Both the position numbers and the translations under genes were made by a program. From NCBI GenBank assembly GCA_965203905.1, contig CBDBDQ010000005.1, forward strand, positions 4,896,001 to 4,960,000: 64,000 nt of DNA. Reading direction: 5' to 3'. Of this stretch, positions 49,648 through 60,823 are shown in pieces (within the stretch, counting starts at the first letter, position 1; each line of letters begins with the position of its first letter). The notes under the pieces were generated by a model, which saw nothing but the letters and a program-made list of their open reading frames with translations, had not been told where the DNA came from and did no database searches. The stretch is from Spirochaetia bacterium. Its GTDB lineage: Bacteria > Spirochaetota > Spirochaetia > SZUA-6 > Bin103.

Positions 49648-51733
49648 TCAGTTTCTCAGGCGTGTCATCTCGGCATCGAACAACGGCTCCTTCCTTACCG
49701 TGGCCGCGTACCGCTCACCAAAATACTCCACCTCCACAGAGGTGCCCTCCGCCGCGTACTCCACAGGTAGATAGCCGTAGGCGATGAACGCGCCGACACT
49801 GTATCCGAAGTTGGCGCTGGTGACATAACCCAGCTTCCGATCGCCGCTCAGAATGGGTTCCTTGCCCAGCAGCACCGCGTCGCGATCGTCCAGCGTCAGG
49901 CAGCACAACCTGCGCTGGATCCACTGGTCTCGTGCCTTCGGCAACGCCTCCCGGCCGATGAAGTTGCCTTTGTCGAGGCGCACCGCCCAGTCGAGGCCGG
50001 CCTCGAGGGGGTTGTACTCGGTGTGAATGTCGGCGCCCCACAGGCGATAGCCTTTCTCCAGCCGCAAGGAGTCGAAGGCTCCTCCGCCGGCGGCCAGAAT
50101 GCCGAACTCCAGCCCGGCCTTCCACACTCGATCCCAGACCCACCCGGCATACTCGGTGGGTGCGTGGATTTCCCAACCCAGCTCGCCGGCGTAGGAGACG
50201 CGGAGGGCATAGACCGGCACGTGCACCAGCGTGACAGTCTGGGCTGTGTAGTACGGGAAGGCTTCGTTCGAAACGTCCTCTTCGACGACTTCTTGCATCA
50301 CCACCCTGGATGGGGGACCAGTTTTGGCCCGCCCAGCCGCTACGCTTCGGTATACGGTCCTCATATTGCTTCAGCAGGGAAGCATTGGCCTCGTACCACT
50401 GCGGCGCCTCCCAGCCGGCGTTGGCGAAGAAGATGCCCTGCTGCTCCACAAAGTGGGCGTGGAAAGGGCTGAGACGCAGGTCACGGGGATCCTCCGACTG
50501 CTTCAAGGGGTGGATGATGTCGTACACCTCGCGGTAATTCGCGGCACAGCGGGTCTGCATGTAGGAGCGTGTCGTCTGATGGGCATGAAAGCGGTTGATG
50601 TCTGCCTCGCGAAGGTCCGTGCTCGGCTCCCCCTCCGTCATCCACTCGGCGATCGCCCGACCCACTCCGCCGGCGTGGGCGATCCACACGCCGACCGCGC
50701 TCCAGAAGCCCTTGAGGTGAGATGCCTCCCCCATGATCGGATAGCCGTCCACCGTGAAAGCGAACATGCCGTTGAAGGAGTCCACCAACTCGGCGTTCTT
50801 GAGCGTCGGCATCAGCTCGCACCCAGCCTGCCACGCGACTTCGTAGTGCTCCGGTGTAAACGGCAGCATGGCGGTCTTCCCCAGATCGCGGGGATCGACC
50901 ATGAGCGGCTCGTGCCGGTAGCTGCCGACCCCGTACCGGTCGCGGAACTGACGGAAATACATCGAGAAGTCCTGATGGCGCAGCATCGGGTGAACGATCT
51001 CCCGCGTCTCACCCGCAAGCTCGGGAAGCTCGGTGGTGAGACTATGGAGATGCTGGGCGGCGAGCAGAGGAAGGGGAACCCCGACTTTCTGCCCCAACAC
51101 CGGGGCCCAGATATTGGCGCACAGCAGCACCTGCTCGGTGCCGACGCGACCCTGGCTGGTCAGCACCCCCGAGACGTGTCCGTTCGTGACCTCGATGTCG
51201 GTAACCGTGGTGTCGCCGATGAATTCCGCATCGCCCTCGGCAACGGCGTCCCGCGCCAAGGCGCGAGCCGCATGCCATCCGTTGATGTTGGTGTCGCCCG
51301 GCACGTAGAAGCCGCCCAAAATGACGCGCTCGTCGACGAGAGGAATCTTCTCCTTGACTTGGGCCGGGGTGATGAGAAACGACTCCACGCCGTAGGAAGT
51401 GGCCCAGCCGTGGCGCCGCTTCAGGTCCTCCAGACGCTCGGGGGTAGTGGCGACTTCGATGCCGCCGACCGGACGGTAGAGCGGCGGGCCGTCCTCGGGA
51501 TCCTCCAGCGTTCCGAAGAGTTCCGCCGAGTAGCGGGCGAACTCCGTCATCATTTTGGAAGGATTCGTGAGAAACATGCTGCCAGGTGCGTGGGAAGTGG
51601 AACCGTCGTTCTCGAACAGGGGTCCCTTGTCGATCACGAGGATATCGCGCCACCCCAACCGGGTCAGATGGTAGGCAGCGCTGCAACCGACAATGCCGGC
51701 GCCGATGATGACGAGACGAGCCTCGGTACGCAT
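49648..51733 (-). pseudogene. Dimethylglycine oxidase/dehydrogenase-like (FAD + GcvT), internal deletion
   Basis: 'IIGAGIVG', 'GSTSHAPG'; GcvT C-terminus 'SLRLEKGYR' lies in another frame; part of the GcvT domain is missing at ~50305. Confidence 0.85.
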
Positions 51734-51778
51734 GCTGTGGATCCGCCGATCAGAACTCGTCGGCCGGTTCCGTATTCG

Positions 51779-53024
51779 TCATGCCGCCACCTCCTCGCGG
51801 CCCTCTCGAGCGATGCCCATGCTGAAGAACACCAGGGAGCCTGCGGTCACCAGCAGGGCGAGCAGGAACGGCATGCGGAAGGAAGCGGTAGCATCACGGA
51901 GCACTCCCCCCGCATAGACGCCGGCGATCTGCCCCGCGGCGTGAACGAGCGTGATCTTGCCCATGTACACGGATGAGAGCTCTCTGGTCCGACGCATCAC
52001 GATCCCTCCGAACACGGTAAGGTAGCCGAAGAAACAGAGTCCGAATAGCGCTGCCGAAATCCCCGCCGCGAGAACGGATGGAGCGACCACGGGAAGCAGG
52101 AGAGCGAGGGCGATGAGCGCGTAGTTGTAGTACAGGATCGCGCCGGTCCTGCTCCGGTCGAACCAGGCGCCCCAGAGGGCGCTGCTGAAGGCCGAGGTGA
52201 CGCCGAAGAGACCCCAGACCGCCACAGAGACTCCTTCTCCCCCCACCTCCGTAGCGAAGGCAACGATATAGGTGAGATAGCTGGCATACGAGAACCCAAA
52301 GAGGAGGTAGGCGAGAGTTATGTTCCTGTAGGGCGGTTCCGAGAACAGCCTCTGCCAGATTCTCGCGTACCGGACTCGACCGGTTTCCCCTGCGCTGCCG
52401 CCGCCTTCGGCCCTCACTCGTCTGGCGAGGAGCGCGTGGGCCGGAATGAGCAGGCCGCCGATGACGGCGGCGGCCACCCAGATGTGGCGCATATCGAAGG
52501 CGATGCTGCCACGCGAGAGCAGCAGGGCCAGCGCTGAGAGCAGGAATATCCCACAGCCGGCGCCGGAGATGATGAGGCCCATCCTCCGGCCGTAGGTCGC
52601 CTCCTCGAAGTGGCCGTGCACGGTTTGAAAGATGCTCACATAGAGCGATGCTGCGGCCGCACCCATCAGGAAGGCGAAAACGCAGAGGGGTAGAAACCGG
52701 TCCTCCAGGTAGAAGACGATGAACGCCATCGAGATCACGACCAGGGAAACCAGGACTACGGTCGTTTCGCCGAATCTATGGGCGGCGACCCCGCCCAGAT
52801 AGGAAAACACCAGGTAGCCCGATATCAGCAGGCCCCCGATCATGCCGATCTGGGTGTAGGAAAAGAGGTACGCGCCGTGGAGATGGGGAACGAAGAGGGA
52901 GAAGAGGAATCTTCCGAGCCCCAACGCGGTCAGGACATTGAAAAACCCCAGTACGACGATGAGTTTCCGACTGGCAGTTTGGCGCTCGGCCCGCATCCAC
53001 GCTTTCAACGATCGAGGTACCATC
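51779..53024 (-). CDS. MFS transporter (YbfB/YjiJ-like)
   Basis: About 12 hydrophobic segments, 'GLGRFLFS'; start uncertain. Confidence 0.8.
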
Positions 53025-53420
53025 AAAGGGTGCGAAAATAAGAAACGGCGGTGAGTAGCCTCCAGGTGACGAAACCGATGGAGGGGCACCAGCATGGACA
53101 AGGGAGCCACGAAGGAGCCAGTCACGTCAACGCCGGCGTTGCCGGTGGCCATCGGAGTGTAAGCGGACGGTCACAAGGTGGTGTTGGCGGTGAGCAGCGG
53201 CTACCGCGAGTCGACGGCATCGTGGAGTGCCCGGCTGCGCGATCTGAAGGCTCGGGGGATGAATGAACCGCGGTTGCCGGCCGTGGCCGCCGGGCAACAG
53301 TATCACGACGGCCTATCGATCAATGCAGGCCAACACCAGGAGGCCGCCGCCTGATCCGTTTACACACATTGGCGGAACCTCGCTTGCTCATGATATCTTC
53401 TCGAGGTGCAGAAGGGCGCC

Positions 53421-54428
53421 ATGGCAGATGTAGGCACGAGAGACGCACGGGGAGAGTGGCAACCGGACCGCCTGCCCAGGCCCAGCCCCCTCGGCCGTTG
53501 GCCGCTCGAGCCTGCGGAGATCCTCAAGTTCTTCTTCGGTCAACAAGGGCTGCTGAGGTGGCCCAATCTGGTCTACTTGAGCCTCGCGTTGGTCAGCTGG
53601 CTATTCCTCACGCCGAGCATGGAGCGCATGCGGTTGTTCGCGTTCGACTGGATCCTGCTCATCTATCTGCGCAATGTCGCGTTACTGACTCTGGTCGCCG
53701 GTGGCCTGCATCTGCGGCTTTACATCAAGCGGGCGCAGGGCCAGAAGTACAAGTTCTCGAACAGCTGGCTTGCTAAAGACGACAACAAGTTCCTCTTCAA
53801 GAACCAGACCTTGGACAACGTGTTCTGGAGCCTCGCCAGCGGATGCGTGATCTGGTCGGGTTACGAGGTCGTCACACTATGGGCGTACGCCAACAACCTG
53901 CTGCCCTTCGTGGATTTTCGCACACGTCCGGTCTATTGCGTGGCGCTGATGTTCGGTGTTGTGCTCTTCCGTCATGCCCACTTCTACTGGACCCACAGGT
54001 TCACCCACTGGAGGCCGCTGTACAAGGCGGCCCACTACTTACATCACAAGAACATCAATGTCGGACCCTGGTCCGGTCTTTCGATGCATCCGATCGAACA
54101 CATACTGTACCTCTCGGGAATATTCATCCACTGGTTGATTCCCTCGCACCCTCTGCACGCGATCTTCCACATAGTGCACGCGGCCATCAGCCCGGCCAGC
54201 GGGCATTCCGGTTTCTACAAGTACGTCGTTGCTGGTGATGATGAGACCGAGGAAGAGAAGGCGCTGCGGGCCGGCGGCTACTTCCACTACCTGCACCACC
54301 GCTTCTTCACGGTCAACTTTGGGAACGAAGAAGTACCGCTGGACAAGTGGTTCGGCAGCTTCCATGACGGCACACCGGAGGCTCATGCGGCGATGATTTC
54401 CCGTCGCAAAACCAAGCCGAAGAAATAG
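53421..54428 (+). CDS. Sterol desaturase/fatty acid hydroxylase family protein
   Basis: His boxes 'HFYWTHRFTH', 'HYLHH', 'SMHPIE', 'HYLHHR'. Confidence 0.88.
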   Translation: MADVGTRDARGEWQPDRLPRPSPLGRWPLEPAEILKFFFGQQGLLRWPNLVYLSLALVSWLFLTPSMERMRLFAFDWILLIYLRNVALLTLVAGGLHLRLYIKRAQGQKYKFSNSWLAKDDNKFLFKNQTLDNVFWSLASGCVIWSGYEVVTLWAYANNLLPFVDFRTRPVYCVALMFGVVLFRHAHFYWTHRFTHWRPLYKAAHYLHHKNINVGPWSGLSMHPIEHILYLSGIFIHWLIPSHPLHAIFHIVHAAISPASGHSGFYKYVVAGDDETEEEKALRAGGYFHYLHHRFFTVNFGNEEVPLDKWFGSFHDGTPEAHAAMISRRKTKPKK

Positions 54429-54600
54429 CGGCGACGCGCAGCCACGGGCTCTATTCCTCACCGTGTTCGACAAACGGGGGCGGCGGGCGTGGACCAATCC
54501 GATCAGCATGTAGGTGGCGCGGATGGTGGCTGAGCTGCAGGCAGAGCTGAACGGGGTGACCTAACGGCTTGCGGATGCGCCGGACCTGCTCGACGCAGGT

Positions 54601-54766
54601 GGCGTGTGTGAGGTGGCCGCCGCCGACGTCAGCGTGGCTGCCGACTGCGCCGCCGTGGTCGACGCGTGCCGGGAGACCTACGGCCGGATATGATATCCTG
54701 GACAACAGCGTCGGCATCGAGGTGGCCGGCGGCCTGGAGGAGTCCAGCGAAGCAGATTGGGATCGA
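54601..54766 (+). pseudogene. SDR oxidoreductase internal fragment
   Basis: '[32 protein letters not shown]...SEADWDR' with a frameshift. Confidence 0.65.
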
Positions 54767-55676
54767 TAAAGGCCGTCGACGATGTCAGTTTCGACCTGCA
54801 CAAGGGGGAAACCTTCGGCTTCGTCGGCGAGTCCGGCTGCGGCAAAACGACGTTGGGCCGTTTGCTTTTGCGCGCGATCGATCCGACCTCCGGCTGTACC
54901 TGAATGGCAACGCTCACGAGCTCACTGCAATGCGACAGCGCGAGTTGCGTTCAATCCGCAGGCATATGCAGATGGTTTTCCAGGATCCGTTTTCGTCACT
55001 GAGTCCGCGCATGACGGTCCTCGAGCTCATCGGAGAACCTCTACGGCTCAACGGCGTCGCCTCAGGAGTTGAATTGCAGCGGCGAGTAATGGAGTTGATG
55101 GACGTTGTCGGGCTGAACGTAAACCACGTGAAGCGCTATCCGAATGCCTTTAGCGGCGGCCAGCGGCAGCGAATTGGTATTGCCCGAGCGCTTGCTCTCA
55201 GACCGGAGTTGATTGTCGCAGACGAGCCGGTTTCGGCCCTTGATGTATCGATTCAGGCGCAAATCCTTAACCTGCTGCAAGATCTCCAGGCGCAGTTCAA
55301 TCTCACCTATGTCTTCATCACCCATGATCTCAGCGTTGTTGAGCACATCTCGGACCGAATTGCCGTGATGTATGCCGGAAAGATCGTTGAGCTGGCAACT
55401 AAGGAAGCCCTCTTCAGGAGACCCCGGCACCCGTATACGGCAACGCTGCTCGCAGCCGTCCCGAACCCGGATCCTGATATACCTCCCCAGCAGGTACGTC
55501 TGAGTGGAGAGGTGGCAGATCTGGCGAATCTTCCCCCGGGGTGCGCCTTCCACCCCAGGTGTCCCCATGTGGGCGAACGTTGCCGGTCAGAAGTACCCGC
55601 TTTGGAGCAAACAGCACCGGGACATATGGCTGCGTGCCATTTTGCCAATGAGCTCGACCTACGCGATAGTGGATAA
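54765..55676 (+). pseudogene. Oligopeptide ABC ATPase (OppF/DppF-like), 5'-truncated and frameshifted
   Basis: '[17 protein letters not shown]' in one frame; 'FSGGQRQRI', 'DEPVSALD' and the oligo_HPY tail in another. Confidence 0.82.
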
Positions 55677-56055
55677 TGGCATCAGCTTTGGGAGTGACGC
55701 CCATGCGCTGTACGAGGTCGGGGAGTTTCCCCCCACCTGGGGCTGCTTGCCGACATCGGCTTCGACGGCGATTTGACCGACATTCTGCTGCCCAGGGTGT
55801 CGATCCCCGGTTGCTGAAGACGGAAGGACATCCGCCACCGAGGCACGTAGGCACTTCGGCAGTGAACCACGCCGCTCAAGCATCGAATGCTCACCTCGCG
55901 CGCGGTCGTGTCCAATGGCTTCTGCGCACCCGCCTCTTCAGCCGCTGACTGCAACATGGTCGCCGGCGAAGGGGCCTTGCCCTCGCGTGAATCGCCTCTT
56001 GCACAATCGTGGCGAGTATGAAAGTATGACGACATGATGCGTCGCGGGACCAGCC

Positions 56056-56104
56056 CGCTCACCGCTCACCGCTCACCGCTCACCGCTCACCGCTCACCGT
56101 TCAC
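56056..56104 (+). repeat. 7-bp tandem repeat CGCTCAC, 6 perfect + 1 variant unit
   Basis: Direct reading; the paralogous leader at 43439-43459 has 3 units. Confidence 0.9.
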
Positions 56105-56286
56105 TAGCCGCGCCGTTCCGACAGCTCGGCAGCGATGCTGAGCGCGGCACCATCGTTCGATCCGTCCCCACCGGCCGCCTACGACGGCCGCTTACGCACT
56201 CTTCACCAGCCACCCGAGCCGGCGTTGCCGGCCGAACCCAAAGAAACGGGCAACGGTACACCCGACCCTAAAAGAGGAGGACCCCT

Positions 56287-58053
56287 ATGGTCCGATCAAT
56301 CTCACTGACACTGGCGTTCGCGCTGGTGGCAACCCTTGCGTTCGCCGCCGGCGAGAGCGAGGAGGCTGCCACTACCGAGAAGGAGATGGTGCTCGACCCC
56401 ACCACCGGCGAGATGGTCACCGCGCCCGAGTATGGCGGGACCCTCACCTACGGCCGGACCGGAACCGGTGAGCACGGCGACTCCTTCTTCAACAGCGGCT
56501 GGTCCCACCACTTCGCCGGCGTGGTCACCGAGATGCTCGCTATCGGGGACTGGGCGGTCGACAGGAGTGAGCACAACCTTCGCCCCAGACCCTTCCCCCT
56601 GTCTCTCCTGCGAGGACAGTTGGCGGAGAGCTGGGAAACGCCCGACGACACCACGATCATCGTCAAGGTCCGCTCGGGAGTTCACTGGCACGACAAGGCG
56701 CCGATGAACGGTCGCGAGCTCACCGCCAGCGATGTCGAGTTCAACTATCATCGGCTGCTGGGGATCGGCAGCGGCTTCACCGAAGCCTCGGCGCACGTAG
56801 CTCAGCTGCCCAAGATCGAATCCGTGACGGCCACCGACGCATCGACGGTGGTCTTCAAGCTGGCCGAGCCAGACCTCTTCGGGCTGAGGAGGATACTCAA
56901 CCAGTGGATTGTCGGGATCTACCCACCGGAGGTGATCCGGCAGCACGGCGACGTCCAGGATTGGAGGAACCTGGTTGGCACCGGGCCAATGGAGTTGACG
57001 GACTTCGTCGAGGGCAGCTCCATCACGTGGACCAAGAACCCCAACTACTGGGGGTTCGACGAGAAGTTCCCGGAGAACCGCCTGCCGTACGTCGACGAGA
57101 TTGTCACCCTGATCATGCCGGATGCGGCGGCGCGGATCGCTGCCCTGCGCTCTGGTCAACTCGACATGCTGGGGACTGTTGGCGACAGTCAGTTGAGGTC
57201 GATCGACCAGGTCGAGAGCCTGAGAAGGACCGATCCCGACATCAACATGTGGGAGCGCGTCTCTCGCTCCGACAACGCATTCCGTTTCATCACCGTGAGC
57301 AGGCCCCCGTTCGATGACATCCGCGTACGCCGGGCCATGCAGTTGGCTCTGGATCTGGAGACAATCGCCAGCACCTACTTCAAGGGGTTCGCGGACCCGA
57401 GGCCGCATGGAGTCATTCACAACGATGTGTCGCTCGGTACGCCGTTCGACCAGTGGCCGGAGGAGGTCAGGCAGTACTACCGCTACGACCCGGAACTGGC
57501 GAAGCAGCTTCTGGCCGAGGCGGGCTATCCCGATGGCTTCAAGACCACGTTGGATTACTTCGAACGCTACGATGCGAACTGGGCAGAGCTCGCCATTGGC
57601 TACTGGGCTGAGATTGGCGTGGAGGTCGAGATGACCGTTCACGACACCGCGGCGTTCATTGCCGCCCAAGCCGAGCACACCACAGAGGGACTCGCAGCCG
57701 GCGAGAACGCTGGCGTGGGTCATGATGTCGGCGCCATTAACTGGTATTACCACTCGAAGTCCCGCTACAACGCGGGGGGATTGGGGCTCAACGACCCGCA
57801 CATGGACGAGCTGATCGACGGCGCAAAGGCAGCCACGACGCTGGAGGAGCGGAATCGGCTCACCAGAGAGGCAAATCTATACGCCTTGGGCCTGCACTTT
57901 CACATCACGGCTCCGGTCAGCCCGCAGTTCAACGTGGCCCAGCCCTGGATCAAGGGCTACAATGGGGAGGTCTCGATCGGCACGGCACAATTCACCACGA
58001 TTCTTGCCCGTCTCTGGATCGACCAGGATCTGAAGCGGGAGCTTGGATTCTGA
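56287..58053 (+). CDS. ABC substrate-binding protein, family 5 (DppA-like)
   Basis: GAGGAGG RBS, signal peptide, 'LAESWE', 'VGTGP', 'LPYVD', 'LLAEAGYPDG'. Confidence 0.92.
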   Translation: MVRSISLTLAFALVATLAFAAGESEEAATTEKEMVLDPTTGEMVTAPEYGGTLTYGRTGTGEHGDSFFNSGWSHHFAGVVTEMLAIGDWAVDRSEHNLRPRPFPLSLLRGQLAESWETPDDTTIIVKVRSGVHWHDKAPMNGRELTASDVEFNYHRLLGIGSGFTEASAHVAQLPKIESVTATDASTVVFKLAEPDLFGLRRILNQWIVGIYPPEVIRQHGDVQDWRNLVGTGPMELTDFVEGSSITWTKNPNYWGFDEKFPENRLPYVDEIVTLIMPDAAARIAALRSGQLDMLGTVGDSQLRSIDQVESLRRTDPDINMWERVSRSDNAFRFITVSRPPFDDIRVRRAMQLALDLETIASTYFKGFADPRPHGVIHNDVSLGTPFDQWPEEVRQYYRYDPELAKQLLAEAGYPDGFKTTLDYFERYDANWAELAIGYWAEIGVEVEMTVHDTAAFIAAQAEHTTEGLAAGENAGVGHDVGAINWYYHSKSRYNAGGLGLNDPHMDELIDGAKAATTLEERNRLTREANLYALGLHFHITAPVSPQFNVAQPWIKGYNGEVSIGTAQFTTILARLWIDQDLKRELGF

Positions 58054-58081
58054 ATCAGTCGCCCCACGGCGATTGAACGGG

Positions 58082-58105
58082 GCCCGCCTGAGGGCGGGCT
58101 TCTTT
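58082..58105 (+). terminator. Intrinsic terminator-like hairpin
   Basis: GCCCGCC-TGAG-GGCGGGC followed by TTCTTT. Confidence 0.6.
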
Positions 58106-58165
58106 GCCACATGACGGAGTGGGATGGTGGCGTGTGCTGCCGTCCCACTTTCCCGGCACTCTGCA

Positions 58166-59137
58166 ATGCGAACCTACGTTATCCGACGCGTCCTGCTGCT
58201 GGTCCCGACGTTCCTCCTGTTGACGGTGCTGGTGTTTCTGTCGGTGCGCTTTCTTCCCGGGGATGCCGTCGACGTCATGATGGCACGCCTGGCGGCTATG
58301 GAAGGCGCTTCGGGGACGGTGGACTTCGACCGCGAGCGGGTCGTGCGGATGCTGGGACTGGATGTGCCGGCGCACGTGCAATACGTCCGCTGGCTGGGCG
58401 GCATCTTCTTGCGCGGCACCCTGGGTGACTCACTCTTCGGTGGATATACCGTCGAGGAGAAGATCATCGACCGGCTGCCGATCACCGTCGAGCTCGGCGT
58501 CCTCGCCATACTCATCGGGGTGGTCATCGCCGTCCCGGTAGGCATCTACTCGGCGGTGCGGCAGGACACGGCGGCCGACTACGCCGGCCGCTCCATCGCC
58601 ATCATCGGCCTGGCCACACCCAACTTCTGGCTGGGCACCCTGGTGCTGACCTTTCCCGCCATCTGGTGGGCGTGGGCGCCGCCGCTGCGCATGGTGGCCT
58701 TCGTCGATGATCCGCTCCGCAACCTCGGCCACATGTTCATTCCCAGCCTCATACTGGGCACCTACCTCTCGGCAACCGTGATGCGCATGACGCGGACGAT
58801 GATGCTGGAGGTACTCCGCCAGGACTACATCCGCACCGCCTGGGCGAAGGGACTGAAGGAACGGGTGATCATCCTCCGGCACGTCATCAAGAATGCGCTG
58901 ATCCCGGTGGTAACGCTGGTCGGATTGCAGCTGCCGATCCTGGTCGGCGGCTCGGTGATCATGGAGAACATGTTCGCCCTGCCTGGGCTGGGGCGGCTGA
59001 TGCTCGAGGCGCTCTCCGCGCGCGACTACCCGGTGGTGTCGGGCATCAATCTGTTCTTCGCCACCGCGGTCATGACGATCAACCTGTTGATCGACATTCT
59101 CTACGGCTACCTGGACCCACGGGTGCAGTACCGTTAG
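58166..59137 (+). CDS. ABC permease (DppB-like)
   Basis: 'LPGDA', 'ATPNFWLG', 'QDYIRTAWAKG', 'DPRV'. Confidence 0.92.
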   Translation: MRTYVIRRVLLLVPTFLLLTVLVFLSVRFLPGDAVDVMMARLAAMEGASGTVDFDRERVVRMLGLDVPAHVQYVRWLGGIFLRGTLGDSLFGGYTVEEKIIDRLPITVELGVLAILIGVVIAVPVGIYSAVRQDTAADYAGRSIAIIGLATPNFWLGTLVLTFPAIWWAWAPPLRMVAFVDDPLRNLGHMFIPSLILGTYLSATVMRMTRTMMLEVLRQDYIRTAWAKGLKERVIILRHVIKNALIPVVTLVGLQLPILVGGSVIMENMFALPGLGRLMLEALSARDYPVVSGINLFFATAVMTINLLIDILYGYLDPRVQYR

Positions 59138-59171
59138 GAGGCTGGCGCGTGCGACAGACTCCTGGCCATTG

Positions 59172-60143
59172 ATGAGCGATCCATCCAGACCCCAATCCAA
59201 ACCGCGGCCGTTTCTGTTCGACCTGGCGCGGAGGCTGCTCAAGGAGCGTCCGCTGGGGGCGGGGAGCGCGGTGGTGGTGGTGCTGCTGGCGGTGATCGCC
59301 ATCTTCGCCGACGTTCTGGCCCCCTTTCCGTTCGCCGAGATGCACCTGGTCGACCGGCTGGGCGACCCGTCGCGCACCTACCTGCTCGGCACCGACCAGC
59401 TGGGCCGCGACGTGCTGAGCCGGCTGGTATACGGCGCCCGCATCTCGCTTGGAGTAGGCGTCGCTGCGACGCTGCTGAGCACGCTGGTGTCGTTGCTGGT
59501 CGGCGGCGTGGCCGGCTACGTGGGCGGCAAGCTGGACATTCTCGTGCAGCGCTTCGTCGACGCCTGGATGTCGTTCCCCGGCCTGTTGCTGCTGCTGACC
59601 ATCATCGCCATCGTCGGCCAGGGCATTCTGCAGATCATCGTCGTGCTCGGGGTTACCTCCGGCATCGGCAATTCGCGTGTGATCCGCAGCGCGGTGATCG
59701 GCATCAAGGAGAACCCCTATTTCGAGGCCGCGCGCGCGATCGGCAGCACTCGCTGGCACATCCTGCGGCGCCACGTGTGGCCCAACATCACCGCGCCGGT
59801 GATCGTCGTGTTCTCGATCACGATCGGCGGCATCATCATCGCCGAGGCGTCCTTGAGCTTCCTGGGCTTCGGGTTGCCGACCACGGTGCCGAGCTGGGGT
59901 GGCATGCTGAGCCGCGAGGGGCGCCAGTTCATGGAGATGGCGCCGCGGCTGGCGATGTGGCCCGGCGTGGCTCTCACGGTCGTGGTGTACTGCCTCAACA
60001 TGTTCGGCGATGCGGTCCGCGACCTCCTCGACCCGCGGCTGCGGGGCGGCGGCGGGGGAGGGGCAGGCCTGGGCGGCGGCATGGGCGAACGGGCCGCCAA
60101 GGGCGCCCGCCGCGCCCTGGAGAAGGCCGCGCGGTCCGCCTGA
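59172..60143 (+). CDS. ABC permease (DppC-like)
   Basis: 'LGTDQLGRDVLSR', 'EASLSFLG', 'GDAVRDLLDPR'. Confidence 0.92.
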   Translation: MSDPSRPQSKPRPFLFDLARRLLKERPLGAGSAVVVVLLAVIAIFADVLAPFPFAEMHLVDRLGDPSRTYLLGTDQLGRDVLSRLVYGARISLGVGVAATLLSTLVSLLVGGVAGYVGGKLDILVQRFVDAWMSFPGLLLLLTIIAIVGQGILQIIVVLGVTSGIGNSRVIRSAVIGIKENPYFEAARAIGSTRWHILRRHVWPNITAPVIVVFSITIGGIIIAEASLSFLGFGLPTTVPSWGGMLSREGRQFMEMAPRLAMWPGVALTVVVYCLNMFGDAVRDLLDPRLRGGGGGGAGLGGGMGERAAKGARRALEKAARSA

Positions 60144-60213
60144 AGTTCCCCAGGGAACGAGCTGTGGCCGCCATCGAGGGATCGACCGAGTACTACCGCT
60201 GGCCGGACTGACG
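60102..60213 (+). repeat. 112-bp direct repeat, copy 1 (copy 2 at 61924-62035)
   Basis: Near-identical segments containing the permease 3' end. Confidence 0.9.
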
Positions 60214-60253
60214 CAATCCGACCCTGGAAACGGTTCTCAGGGTCATCGGAGCA

Positions 60254-60704
60254 CCCACTTCGCCGCTGAGGCTTACCAAGCGCGAGGCAGGCAGCGACTG
60301 CTCATCTACCGGCGGCATCAAGCGCGTCCGCGCGCTGCTCCAGAACGAACTCCTCGGCAACACCTCCAGCCACCACTGGCGCCAGCGCCTCAGCGTACGC
60401 CGGCTCAACGTCGGCGCCTGCAACTCCTTGCGCACCCAGCGAATTACCTTACGGTGCTTGCCGCTCTCGCGCTTGATCGCCCTGATCGACCGATTCATCC
60501 TCAAGCGTCGGACGATATCCAGTAGTTCCATCGTCGCTGTCCTCCTGGCCATCTGACCTCCCTCACGCGGTTCGTTGTTTGCACGCCACGCGCCGTGCAC
60601 CGTGAGGGGGGCCTCTTGGATGCCGAGGAGGCGGGTCACTTTGAGTGCCGACCCCTGGGTCCCTAAAGTCGCCGAGGGTGGGTCACTAACGCCGCCGGTT
60701 TGCA
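60254..60704 (-). mobile_element. IS21-family remnant: left end plus N-terminus of IstA fused to another fragment
   Basis: End reads TGCAAACCGGCGGCGTTAGTGACCC with repeated GTGACCC; RBS + ATG 60552 'MARRTATMELLDIVRRLRMNRSIRAIKRESGKHRKVIR' (IstA-like HTH). Confidence 0.65.
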
Positions 60705-60823
60705 ACGCCCCGGTCCGGGGGCATCCGCGGGCTTGCGGTGCACGGGACGCGGCGTGGCGTCCCGAGGCCGAGCGTGACGTTGACACCGGCGCTGGCGAGG
60801 GCTACGTTCGGCGCCGGGTCTTC

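Noticed and set aside
50324-51976. 550-aa + strand ORF
   Set aside because: Antisense shadow of the FAD/GcvT oxidoreductase.
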